A stretch of DNA of 64,000 nt, from NCBI GenBank assembly GCA_951406725.2, contig OX597820.1:30566001-30630000 (forward strand). Reading direction: 5' to 3'. The stretch is from Octopus vulgaris (lineage: Eukaryota). Below, piece by piece: positions 50,331 through 62,948 of this stretch. The first letter of the stretch is position 1; each line of letters begins with the position of its first letter. A program made the translations under genes and the position numbers. The notes under the pieces were generated by a model. It had not been told where the DNA came from and did not search any database. It worked only from the letters and a program-made list of their open reading frames with translations.

Positions 50331-50800
50331 AATACATATATATATATGCATACATTTTGTGTGTATTTTTGTGTGTATATTTGTCCGCCATCACCACTTG
50401 ACAACCGGTGTTGGTTTGTTTATGTCCCTATAAATTAGAAGTTCATTAAAGAGCCCAATAGAATAAGTACTACTCTTAAAAAATACATACTAGGATCAAT
50501 TTTTTTGACTAAACCCTTCAAGATGGTGCCCCCAGCACGGCCATAGTCCAATGACTGAAACAAGTAAAAGGTAAAAGATTATATACAGAAGGAAAGCAAA
50601 TGTTACAGGTCAGTTTCTGCAAGTTTCTGTTGCTCAATAAGCAGTGTTGTATGTACTCTTGAGCAAGACAATCAACCCTATTTTTTATGGATTACTAAAT
50701 TTGTCAGATAATAGTTTATCTTCTTACAGTAGACTAATGCAATATATCAGATACAAGAATAGCAAGGTTTGTCTTTTGTGTTTATCTTAATGCTACATGT

Positions 50801-51090
50801 GAAGGTGCATGGCCTAGTGGTTAGGACATTCTGCTCATCATCATAAGGTCATGAGTTCAATTTCTGGTGATGTGTTGTGTCTTTGAGCAAGACACTTTAT
50901 TTCACATTGCTCCAGTGCACTCAGCTGGCAAAAATGAGTTGTACCTGAGTTTCAAAGGGCCAGCCTTGTTACATTCTGTATAACATTGAATCTCCCTGAG
51001 TGCTCAGCTACTTGCCCATTAATTTCATGAAGGGGCTGTTCCATTCATCAGATCAAATGGAACCCTCGTCATCATAACTGACGGAGTACC
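50801..51090 (+). mobile_element. tRNA-derived SINE family E
   Basis: GGCCTAGTGGTTAGG A box, GAGTTCAATT B box and TTGAGCAAGACACTT. Reverse-strand fragments lie near 47990-48130 and 48520-48630. Confidence 0.7.
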
Positions 51091-51149
51091 AGTTTTAGAA
51101 AGAAAATGAATGCTCCATAAATCTGAGATAAGCACAGGCCTTCTAGGTC

Positions 51150-51690
51150 ATATTGATTGATCAAAAGATCGATGAGGATGATGATGATGGTGATGATAAT
51201 ACTTATGATAATGGTTCTGATGGTGGTGGTGGTGGGCATGATATTGTTATTGATGATGACTTTGAGCAGGACGAGCAGGATGAAGATAAAAATGATGATG
51301 ATGATGATGATGGCAACAACAATAGTGCTGACAATGTCAACAATAATAATGACCACAACAACAATTTTGAGATGGTGGTGGTGGTGGTGCTAGTGCTGGT
51401 GATGTTGTTGGTGGTGGTGTTGGTGGTGGCAATGGTGATGACACTCCCACCAATAATGGTGATGACGATGACAACGATAATGATGATGATGATGATTGAC
51501 AACAACAAGAACAGCAATGTCAAATACGACACCTAAAATGATTATGATGATGATGGTGATGATGATCATGATCATGATCATGAGGGCAACAATGTCAACA
51601 GCAACAACAACAACAGCAAAAGCAGTGACCATCATCATCATTATCATCACCATGGTGGTGGTGGTGGTGGTGGTGGTGGTGGTGTTGTTG
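51150..51690. repeat. Compound trinucleotide low-complexity tract (GAT/GGT/AAC/CAT)
   Basis: Visible directly in the sequence. Confidence 0.9.
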
Positions 51691-52100
51691 GTCATAGTAC
51701 CAGTAGAAAGGAAACCACCAGTTATATTTCCTTTTTCCTGGTTAAGGACACATCTGTACATAGATTCATTATGAAGGGTCAACCTTGATCAAGGAAATAA
51801 ACTGACAATTTCAAATAAATATCAGATTGTGAATCTTCATATTTTCTTTTTTTTCTTTCCTCTAAATAATTATAATTGTTATTGTTCTGTTTGTTGTTGT
51901 TAATTTGTTTGATTTTATTGTAACAGTTAAACCTTTAATTTCCATCAAAATTTGACAAAAGTTATCAGTGAGCCAATACGATACACATACACACACACAT
52001 ACACATACATACCCCCCATACACCCACACCCACACGCATACATATACATGGTGTCTTGACCCTACAAGAAATTCCTTAAATCGCCTTCTACTGTCTTAAA

Positions 52101-52403
52101 GTGGAGGCACAGGGCCTAGTGGTTAGAGCAGCAGACTCACAGTCAAGGGAACGTGGGTTCGAATCTCAGACCAGGCAATGTGTGTGTTTATGAGTGAAAC
52201 ACCTAAGCTCCATGCGGCTCTGGCAGAAGGTAATGGCGAACTTCTGCTGACTCTTTTGCCACAACTTTCTCTCACTCTTTCCTCCTGCATCTAGCAGCTC
52301 ACCTGTGACAGACCGGCATCCTGTCCAGGTGGGGAACCTATACACCAAGGAAACTGGAAAACTGGCCCTTATGAGCCAGGCGTGGCTCGAGAAGGAACAA
52401 ACG
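52101..52403 (+). mobile_element. SINE family D with 11-bp TSD
   Basis: TSD ACTGTCTTAAA at 52090-52100 and 52404-52414. Homologous to 46485-46800. Confidence 0.85.
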
Positions 52404-52531
52404 ACTGTCTTAAAAGTAGAAAGGCACATTGAATAATGTAATTCTTGATGTACACCAGCTGAAGAAAAAGACAGGTTGGTCATGGCTGGAATGCCTCTGA
52501 TTGTAAGCTCAATCATAGCTGAGTTGTAGTT

Positions 52532-53225
52532 CAACAAAAAACAATAACAACAATCTCAACAATGTCAGACGTCTCAGTAACAACAACAGCAATGTTAACA
52601 ACAACAACCTCGTAAACAACAAGCTTGACTACAAGAACAACATCAACAATAACAGCAGCAGCAACAACAACAACAAAAACAACAACAGCCTTAGCAACAA
52701 CATAAACAAGACGCTGAATTAGAACAACAATATCAACAACATCAACCTCAACAACAAAATCAACAACAACAAGAAGCTCAGCAACTGCATCAAAAACAAC
52801 AATCTCAATAAGAACAACAAATTCTACAACAACAACCACAACAGCACCATCAACAAGATGTTGGATCATACAAGCATACTATGATGGTATGATTCAACCA
52901 GATGCTCTTGATAAAAGAGATTAAAGATGGATGAGCACCATAGGCAGATGTTTTTACAAGAAAATTCATATACCAGACATGGTTGAATGGTTTGTTAACA
53001 ACAACAAAACAACAACAACAACAGCAGCAGCAACACTGACAACAAAAACAATGTGTTTGTCAATCAGAGTGACAAGGACCATTTAGTCATCCTTAAGGAT
53101 GACTAATGATTTGAAGAGTCAAGCACCATCAACCTCACACTCTCAAACATGACCATCTTCAATCCAATGGCAAAACCAAGTCAAGAAAAGAAAAAAATGG
53201 AGACAGATGAAGTGGATGACCAATA
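52532..53225 (+). pseudogene. Decayed glutamine-rich coding-like sequence
   Basis: One frame reads QQKQ*QQSQQCQTSQ*...QQHKQDAELEQQYQQHQPQQQNQQQQEAQQLHQ, with stops mostly one step from CAA/CAG. KPSQEKKKMETDEVDD follows downstream. Confidence 0.35.
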
Positions 53226-53426
53226 TATCTTACTTGTCTCGTCTTCTTCTCTCCAACATTGCTGCAGCAGCCTTCCCTTCTGTTGAACTGGGAAGGTTTC
53301 TACTGCAGAGTCCACCTGACCCAGTTTTCATATACATAGGTAGGCAAGCCTTAATATACTAATTAACCCATAACTGGGACCCTGACAGGTAAACCCAGGA
53401 ACAATAGTGGATAAGAGGTAGGCACA

Positions 53427-54122
53427 TCATCATCATCATCATCATTTAACATCCGCTTTCCATGCTAGCATGGGTTGGACAATTTGACTGAGGACTGGCG
53501 AACCAGATGGCTTCACCAGGCTCCAATCTGATCTGGCAGAGTTTCTACAGCTGGATGCCCTTCATAATGCCAACCACTCCGAGAGTGTAGTGGGTGCCTT
53601 TATGTGCCACTGGCACAAGGGCCAGTATGGCAGTACTGGCAACAGCCATGCTCAAGTAGTGTTTATTATGTGCCACCTGTACAGGAGTCAGTCCAGTAAG
53701 GCGATGCTGGTAACAATCACACTCAAATGGTGCTTTTTACGTGCCACCGGCACAGAAGCCAGACTGCTACTCTGGCAGTGATCCCACTCGGATGGAGCTG
53801 TTAGCGCTAAGCTGGCAGGCTTCATCAAATTTGCTCCAATTTCGATTTCACTTGCCCCATCAGGTCTTCACAAGCGGAGTTTAGTGTCCAATGATAGAAG
53901 GTTGGCATGGATGCCAGTCGTCGAATTTGGTTCGATTTCGATTTCACTTGCCTCAACAGGTCTTCGCAAGCAGTGTTTTGTGTCCAAAGAAGGAAAGGTA
54001 TGCATAAGTGGGCTGGCTGCACCCCTGGTAAAAGCCACGGGTTATGGTCTCACTTGTCTTGCCGGGTCTTTTCACGCACAGCATATTTCCAAAGGTCTCG
54101 ATCATTAGTCATTGCTTCAGTG
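53427..54122 (-). mobile_element. Long RTE 3' UTR copy (family C)
   Basis: (CAT)n tail, GGATGCCCTTC motif, palindromic units and a duplicated CAGGTCTTC(A/G)CAAGC block. Confidence 0.8.
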
Positions 54123-54547
54123 AGGCAGAATACCCTAACCAGGGCTCTACTATTGGATACTATGTAAAGTCAAACCTAGGAAATGCACCAACAACAACAG
54201 CAGCAAGAATAAACAACAACTACAACAACAACTCTCTCTCTCTAATAAGCATTATCCATTTTCCATGTTTTATGTCTGCTGATCTAAAACCAGCTTCCAT
54301 TAAAAGCCAACCTCAGACATCTAAATCTACCTACACTTGTTTAACACTCAATTATCTACCATATTAACTATCTACAATAATATTTTTTACCATCTTTCCA
54401 GAAAGTTCTAACAATCAGATCAATAAACACATCATTTATTGCCAGTTTCTGTCTGTCTTTTTCTTAGTTTCTTTTTTGTTTTCTTTAATACGGTTAACCA
54501 TATTATCCGTAAGAGGAATTCAAGTAATGTTCTGACATCTGACAGGC

Positions 54548-54599
<52 letters not shown>

Positions 54600-54719
54600 G
54601 TGCGTGTGTGTGTGTGTATGTATATGGTATATCCATGTACAAATACATGTTTTGTACACACATGTATATAACAGAAACATACTAACACATACATCTGTAT
54701 TATATATATATATACACAC

Positions 54720-54756
<37 letters not shown>

Positions 54757-54757
54757 T

Positions 54758-54808
<51 letters not shown>

Positions 54809-54833
54809 TATATGTATATGTATATGTATATGT

Positions 54834-54892
<59 letters not shown>

Positions 54893-54986
54893 CGCACACA
54901 CACCCATATATATATATATATATGTATGTATATACATATGTATCTTTATATATATATATTTATGTATATATATACATATATATATG

Positions 54987-55021
<35 letters not shown>

Positions 55022-56158
55022 TGTGTGTGTGTGTGTGTATGTATACTCACACACACACACACACACACCCACATGCACACACACATCACATACATAAATA
55101 TATATATATATATATAAATTTATTGATAGTGATCTTATAATGCTTGTTCATGGATATCTTCGAGCTATAACAGATTTGGCAGAAATATTTCATCATCTTT
55201 TAACTGACAAAAATCAAAATTTCCAAACACATTTTTTTCGCATAGAATTCTTTAGTTTCCAATGCAGGTCTTCCTCCTCCTGTTACCCCTCCTCCTCCCA
55301 TCTTCCTCTTTTTCTTCTTCTTCTTCTTCAAGACCTACCACTGATGAATGGCATTCCAGCCATGACTGTCTGGTTTTTTTTCATGCATAGTCTATCAAGA
55401 CCATATTTTCCAATGAGGTCTTTACCTTTAAAGACAATACAGTTATTTCACCAATAATGCTTATTCTTTCAAATGCTAATTCCTTTAGTAATTCTAATTT
55501 ATGATGTGTGTGTGTGTGTGAGTGTGAATATGAACAAATGAAAGAAAGTGGCACTCAACACATTTGGTGAGAGTTACATATGTATTTAATAACAGTTTGA
55601 TGTAGCTCCTTACAACTTAAAGTGTCATAGGTAAGTCAGACGACCCCATCTCATCAGATGCTGAGAGCAGAGCAAGAGTTTAGAGAGAAATTTAAGATGG
55701 CTCCTAGGTCTTAGGGCTTTATTGACCAGCCCACATGTTTGGACAGGATGTTTCTAGGATGCTGGTACCAATTTGGCAGCAGGCTTGGGCATATTGTATT
55801 CAGTGACATCCATTTCTTGTATTGGGTACTGCACATAGTAGGGTGGGATATTGGCATGAGTCAGTATCTCAGTTGTCATTCAGTGAAGTACGAATACATT
55901 AGCAGCAGTATCTTTATGTGGGAATAACTAAATTTAATGGTTTTTAGTTACAATTGAAGTTGCATGAAGAACATGGGTGAGCTGTAAACCATACATGTGG
56001 CAAGGATTAAATACCCTGCCTTTGTGTGTGGAACAGCCAGGCCTAGGATGTATATCTGGGTTGTCAGCTGTCAGTGGCTCAAAGTTCATTAAAAGACTGT
56101 ACTTAAAGTGGCAATAAGATAATTCATACACACACACATGTACACATACACAAATATA

Positions 56159-57787
56159 CAGTTGCGGCCAAAATGTTCAGAACGGCATTGTTTTCGCCAG
56201 AAAAGTAGGTATAAGTTTTTATCAAAGTTGTTTTATATTCTATAATTTTCACAGACAATAAATACAATATTAATTGTTATTGTCTGAGATTTTGGTATAA
56301 TTTAAGAGGATAATACAAAAGTTATGGATGATTTAGTGATTTACTGCAAAACCCATGGCGGCCAAAAGGATCAGAACGGTTGAAAAAATAACAAAATAAT
56401 CAAAAAGTGACAGAGAATGCTGGAATTATTTAATATTTAGTGTGAAGCCCTTTAGCTTCAATCACACTTTGACATCTTCGACTGCATGAGGAAATTAAAT
56501 TTTCAATTTCTTGCTAGGTGATCTTATTCCATTCTTCCTGAAGGGCATTCCATAATTGCTCGGTTGTTTTAGGATTTCTGGCTTTTGAACGTTCTCCTAG
56601 AATATTCCACACATTTTCAATAGGATTGAGATCTGGGCTTTGAGCAGGCCAATCCATAATAATAACCTTTTCAGCCTTGAGGAAGTTCATGAGCACCTTA
56701 GCCTTGTGACATGGGGCATTGTCCTGCATGAATATGGGTGGTCGCTTAGTTGAATTTCTCAGCACAGGCAAGACATGATCTTTTACAAGTTGTTTATAAA
56801 CTCCTGCATTTACCTTTCCATGTAATCACACCAAAGGGCCCACACCATCTCCAGATATCATCCCCCAAACCATGACACGTCCTCTACCAAATTTAACACT
56901 AGTCTTAAGGCATTTAGGCGACAATTTTTCACCTACTTTTCAACGAACGTACCTTTTCCCATCTGAGCCAAATAACATAAACTTAGATTCATCACTGAAA
57001 TGCACCGTTTGCCATTTTTCTTGAGACCACAACACATGTTCGGTTGCAAAGGTAAGACGAAACTTTTTATTTTTGGAGCTGATCAGTGGCTTCACTGCTG
57101 GTGATCTTGCTCGTAGGTTATGTTCAACTAAACGATGAGACAAGTTTTTCGAGATAACGTTTTCTTCAGTATAATGCTCATTTCCCGAGAAACAGCAGCA
57201 GCAGTTTTAAATCTGTCCTTTTTAACCAACTTTACCATAGCACAATCTTCTCTCTTGGTCGTTTTTCTTGGCCTATCTGTAGACTTTCTTGCTTCACACG
57301 AACCACAATCACCGAAGACCTTAAGAATACCGTGAACAACACTTTTTGACTTGTTAACAATCTTTGCAATAGACCCAATACTTAAATTATCCTTCTTTCG
57401 AAGCTTAATAATCTGCTGACGAATTGATAACGGAGTAAGTGGCATTATATTAACAAAGTACACTGCAGATATTCTTACTAATGTTTAGTAAACGAACCGT
57501 CACGTAAACAAATTCAAAACATTAGAGTTCGCCAGTTAAATATACTAAAACATGAAGTAAAAGCAACCGTTCTGATCCTTTTGGCCGCCATGGGTTTTGC
57601 AGTAAATCACTAAATCATCCATAACTTTTGTATTATCCTCTCAAATTACACCAAAATCTCAGACAATAACAATTAATATCGTATTTATTTTTTGTGAAAA
57701 TTATAGAATATAAAACAACTTTGATAAAAACTTATACCTACTTTTCCGGCAAAAACAATGCCGTTCTGAACATTTTGGCCGCAACTG
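56159..57787 (-). mobile_element. Tc1-family DNA transposon, IR/DR type, full length (1629 bp)
   Basis: TA TSD; 224-bp TIRs (56159-56382 / 57564-57787) beginning CAGTTGCGGCCAAAATGTTCAGAACGG, with inner DR GCGGCCAAAAGGATCAGAACGG. Confidence 0.95.
56430..57445 (-). pseudogene. Tc1 DD34E transposase, inactivated by a frameshift and stops
   Basis: MPLTPLSIRQQII...DRPRKTT; VHFSDESKF; FMQDNAPCH-(34)-SPDLNPIEN; ends GLHTKY*. Split across track ORFs 57128-57463, 56940-57143 and 56514-56771. Confidence 0.92.
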
Positions 57788-57797
57788 TATATATATA

Positions 57798-58309
57798 CTA
57801 GCAGTATCGCCCGGCGTTGCTCGGGTTTGTAAGGGAAATAACTATATAAGCATTTTTAGAGAGTTACTTCCCTTATAGATGCCAATTCGGGCTTTCTTAG
57901 CCATTTCTGTTTTGGTGTCTTCAAGCCATGAAGTTGTTGTTCTAAAAGAACGCTGGTCTCCTTGACAACGATTTACGACGTTGATTTCCTTACACTCCCT
58001 TCCTCACAGATTCACGAGGGAGGGAAGAAGGGGAGAAGCAAACAGGTGCAGGTGTGACCATGGACGCCAACTCCGCCGCCATCGACACACGAAAAATTAT
58101 GCATTAAAATGGAATAAAAAATGATGTTAAATTATTTTTAAAATCGTAGACTCATCGTAGACGCGCGCTAATACCCAGACGGGCTCGATATGAATCACGA
58201 CTATAAGATACCCGAATTTGGTTAAACTGCACCGCAAAATGTGGGAGTAGTTAGGAATCTAAATCGAAGGGGACAGACACTCACACAACTACAGTTTTAT
58301 ATATATAGT
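57798..58309 (-). mobile_element. Non-autonomous Helitron with internal insert
   Basis: Ends shared with 9336-9732, the same CCCGAGCAACGCCGGG hairpin plus CTAG, and an extra ~210 bp at ~57880-58095. Confidence 0.8.
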
Positions 58310-58346
58310 TATATATATATATTGACACATATGCATACATATATAT

Positions 58347-58384
<38 letters not shown>

Positions 58385-58387
<3 letters not shown>

Positions 58388-58998
58388 ATCATCATCATCA
58401 TCACCATCACCATCATTTAACGTCTGTTGTCCACGCTGGCATGGGTTGGATGGTTTGACTGGGCTGGCATGCTGGAAGGCTGCACCAGACTCCAGTCTGA
58501 TTTGGCATGGTTTTCTATGGTTAGATGCCCATTCTAACATCAACCACTCCGAGAATGTAATGGGTACTTTTACACGCCACCGACACGAGTGCCATTTGTG
58601 TGACACCAGGGACCGTTTATGTGCCAATTTGCATGACACTGGTATATGCCACAACTGTGATTTTGCTCGGCTTGATGGGTCTTCTCAAGCATGACATAAT
58701 GCCAAAGGTCTTGGTCATTGCCTCCATGAGGCCCAACAATCGAAAGGAATTCAGCCACTTTGCTTCCATGAGGCCGAAGACCCAATGCTTGAAAGGAACT
58801 CAGCCACTTTACCTCCATGAGGCCCAACGTTCAAAAGATGTTCTTAACATGACACCAGCATGGGTGCACTTGGCTTTGACAGATCCTATAAGCACAGCAC
58901 ATCGCCAAAGGTCTTGTTCACCAGGCATTGCCTCTGTGAGGCTCAACATTCGAAGATCATGCTTTACCACCTTGTCCCATGTCTTCCTAGGTCTACCT
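58385..58998 (-). mobile_element. RTE LINE 3' end including the ORF terminus (links family C to RTE)
   Basis: The minus strand from 58998 encodes GRPRKTWDKVVKHDLRMLSLTEAM, then runs into the family-C UTR and (GAT)n. Confidence 0.8.
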
Positions 58999-59310
58999 AG
59001 GACAAATGAAAAGATACAAAATATAAGGATTATGAGCAGGCTGTTCTATTGATCAGATCTTTTGTATCTTTTCATTTGTCTTGCTCGCTTACATTCTGGC
59101 GTTTGCTGAAATTTCTTGAGAACAATCTTTTCTTTGTGGTCAGACTAATGGGGTCTACCTCTAGCATAATGGATGTCCACTTAGTTGTCATCCCTCTTAT
59201 ATGTATGTAATATAATTTTTCTGAATCTTCAGATTTTTCAATTTGCTAGGCCACTGGTTTTAAACTGATATCAACCAAATTAATATTCAATTTTTCACCC
59301 TTATTATTTA

Positions 59311-59364
<54 letters not shown>

Positions 59365-59393
59365 AACACACACACATGCACAAAACATATACA

Positions 59394-59564
59394 TAGGTGC
59401 AGGAGTGGCTGTGTGGTAAGTAGCTTGCTTACCAACCACATGGTTCTGGGTTCAGTCCCACTGTGTGGCACCTTGAGCAAGTGTCTTCTACAATAGCCTC
59501 GGGCTGACCAAAGCCTTGTGAGTGGATTTGGTAGACAGAAAGTGAAAGAAGCCCATCGTATATA

Positions 59565-59631
<67 letters not shown>

Positions 59632-59832
59632 TTATGCGTTTGCGTTTGTCCCCCCAACATCGCTTGACAACTGATGGTGGTGTGTTTACATCCCTGTAAC
59701 TAAGTGGTTCAGCAAAAGAGGCCGATAGAATAAGTACTAGGCTTACAAAAAATAAGTTCTGGGGTTGATTTGCTCAACTAAAGGCAGTACTCCAGCATGG
59801 CCACAGTCAAATGGCTGAAACAAGTAAAAGAG
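59394..59832 (+). mobile_element. SINE family A, full length
   Basis: Complete head-to-tail match. An inverted partial copy follows at 59840-60000. Confidence 0.85.
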
Positions 59833-62005
59833 TATATATGACAAGCTTCTGTAAATTTCTGTCAATCAAATCCACTCACAAAGACAAGTTTTTGGTCAGC
59901 CTTGTCTATAGCTGAATACATTTGCCCAAAATTCCATGCAGCAGAATTGAACCCAAAACTATGTGGTTGGGAAGCAAACTTCTTACCACGCAGCCATACC
60001 CATTCTCAAGATGTATGAAAGAAGCGCTGGACCAAAAAAGATGGAAATTATTGGTAAAAAAATTTCAAATGATCAAGCAGAGGAAATACTGTTGGAATGG
60101 TTTAACACTTGACATGCTAAAATTATGGTTTGTGGCAGGATTTGAACATATGATTTGTTAGTCAACTTGTTGCTAATTAAATAAATGAGTAAACTGTCTG
60201 GTTGTAATGGAAGTGGTCAGAGATACAAATTAAAGCAGTGCTGGACAATAAATACATAATCACTGGACGTCAGACTGACCAAAACAGAGTCTAAAGGAAA
60301 AATCTTTTCTTTTATTTGTTTACTGTTATTTTTTGTTTTTTTGTTGTTGTTAAATTTGGTTTTTGTTTGTTTATTTATTCGTATTTTTATTTTTTTGTTT
60401 TCTGTTAATTATTGTGTTTGGTTTTTATATGTATTAGTGAGGAATGACAATATGAGAGAGTAGGAGGGAAAAGGAGAGTAAGAAGTGGAGGTGGACAAAG
60501 TGAGGGATAGAAAGTGGAATGATGAGAGAAAGAGAGAGTGATAAAGAATGACCTAGACTGTGCCAAAGAGAATGACTGAGTGAGAGAGAGAGAGGGGAGT
60601 GGGGAGAGAGAGAGTATGGCAGAAAGAAATTAGTGTTAAAGAGGAAAGGTGAAGGAATAGGGAAAAAGTGGAAAGAAGAAAAAAAATCATGAAAGGGGAA
60701 TAAAAATGGAGTAATTTAAAGTTAGAATGGAATGTCCATGAAATAAAGAGAGAGCGGGAGAGAGAAAGGAAGAGAGAAAAAGAGAGATGGGAAGAGAAGG
60801 AGAAGGGAGAGCGGGAGAATGGAGAGAGAGGAAGAGGGGGAAAAGAGGGAGAGGGGAAAGAGGGGAGAGAGCGGGGTGGAGTGAGATAGGGGGAGAGGGA
60901 GAGGGGAGAGAGCGGGAGAGGGGAGAGAGAGAGAGAGAGAGGAAAAGAGAAGTAAAGAAAGTATGGCTGTGTTTGAGAAAGAAAGTTAGAGAGGGAAAGG
61001 GTTTGGGGGAGAAGAAACACTTTTGAGGTGGCCAGAAAAATTCTTGGAAAAGAGTGAAAGATTTTTAGAGAATCATAGAGTGAGTGGTAGAGTAGGAAGA
61101 GATATGGTTAAAGAAGGAAGAGGATGAAATAATGCAGAGCTAGACAGATGCATACACATGCATGCATGCATACATACATACATACATACATACATACATA
61201 CATACATACATTCATGCATTCATACATTCTTAAAAGCATACATACACAGAAATATATACACATATATACATCCATACATACATATACACATGTGTTTGTA
61301 TGTATGTATGTGTGGTGTGGTGTGGAAGCTGTCTGATGACCTCACTAGTGTTACTACCACAGAAAAAAAAAACATTCAGTACACTCTATAAAGAGGTTGG
61401 TGTGAGGAAGGGCATCCATCTATAGAAAGCATGCCAAATCAATCCTCAAACCTGTTAGCGCTTTCAAACTATTCATACCATACCAATATGGAAGAAGAAG
61501 AAGAAGGAGGAGGAGGAGGAAGAAGAGAAGAAGAAGGAGGACGAGGACGAGGAGGAGGAGGAGGAGGAGGAGCTGATGATGATTCCATAAATTCTGTTCT
61601 GGATAGAGACCAGATCAATGATTCTCTTTCAATCCTTTACAAAACACAGCATACTGAATGTATAGTGAGGCATCAGTTTTTTAAAAAAAAGTTTTATATT
61701 TTAAAACAAAGTAAGCATTTAAAAGTGTTGTAAAACAGAGAGGTGCAATGTATTGCACTCTGCTGCTGCTGCAAAAAAAAATCACATGCACTGGTGCATA
61801 TCATTAAAAACATTCACATTTCCTCAACACCCTGGTATTTTTTTGACCCTCCTAAAAGACAACTTGCAGACCATTTATGGTACTTAAGTGTACTGTAGCA
61901 AAGGATTTACAAACGTCTTGACTATACAATTAGATAATTACAACTTTTGAAACATCACATTGTGAGACACAACCTGAAGACGTCGACACAGTGCTTGTAA
62001 CTGAC

Positions 62006-62020
62006 CTCTTTAGATATCAA
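62006..62020 (-). other. Candidate 15-nt microexon (LISKE in phase 0)
   Basis: Minus strand cctaatcacaatttctgtcttttaag|TTGATATCTAAAGAG|gtcagt, within non-repetitive DNA. Confidence 0.25.
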
Positions 62021-62639
62021 CTTAAAAGACAGAAATTGTGATTAGGTGTTCATAAAGAAGATACATACTGCAGTTATAGTTTAAATAAGAGTAGACTTTA
62101 GACATTGACTACATAAATACAGCTTATACATACACACACACACAGACATGTGTGTGTGTGTGTATATACATATATATATATATATAGATTGATAGATAGA
62201 TAGATAGGTATATATACACACATATAGATATATATACATACATATATATGTGTATATAAACATACGTATATAGATAGATCTGTACGTATATATATATATA
62301 TACTATATGAAATTAACTTGTTTGATTAAAATAATCAGCAGTTGACATGACGCGTAGAGTATTTGTAAAATGCTATTTGGTGATAGGAGATCTTGAGCTA
62401 TAATGTGGAGAGAACCAGGGCTATAGATTGACAGAATTGGCAGAACATTAGACAAAAATTGGATTTATGGTAATTTATTGCATCTCTTGGCAATCTGATT
62501 TCGGTATCTGCCAAGGTTCTCTTCGCCTTTCTTCTTTCTAGAGCCAGTAAATTATGGAGCAATCTAGTACTGTTTTTGCCTTATAAACGTGTAGCCTTGT
62601 ATCTAAGTTTCAAATCATTAATATCATTATTTTTACAAT

Positions 62640-62905
62640 TAAGGTGGTGAGAATGGCAGAATCGTTAGCATGCTGGACAAAATGTTTAGTGGCATTTTGT
62701 CTGTCTTTACATTCTGAGTTCAAATTTTGCCAAGGTTGACTTTGCCTTTCATCCTTTTGGAGTTGATAAATTAAGTACCAGTGAAACACTGGGGTCGATG
62801 TAATTGACCAGCCCCCTTCCCACCAAATTTCAGGTCTTGTGCCTATAGTAGAAAGGATTATTGTTATCATCATCATCATCATAATTATTAATATTATTAT
62901 TATTA

Positions 62906-62948
<43 letters not shown>

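Noticed and set aside
51153-51782. Asp/Met/Val/Thr-rich ORFs
   Set aside because: Compound trinucleotide repeats are open in several frames on both strands.
52101-52175. tRNA gene (also at 3823, 46485 and 50801)
   Set aside because: A and B boxes run straight into SINE bodies with tails and TSDs, and no convincing acceptor stem is present.
60011-60160. Short ORF MYERSAGPKKMEIIGKKISNDQAEEILLEWFNT
   Set aside because: It may be a very old mariner C-terminal remnant, but it is too short and diverged to call, and it has no splice support as a host exon.
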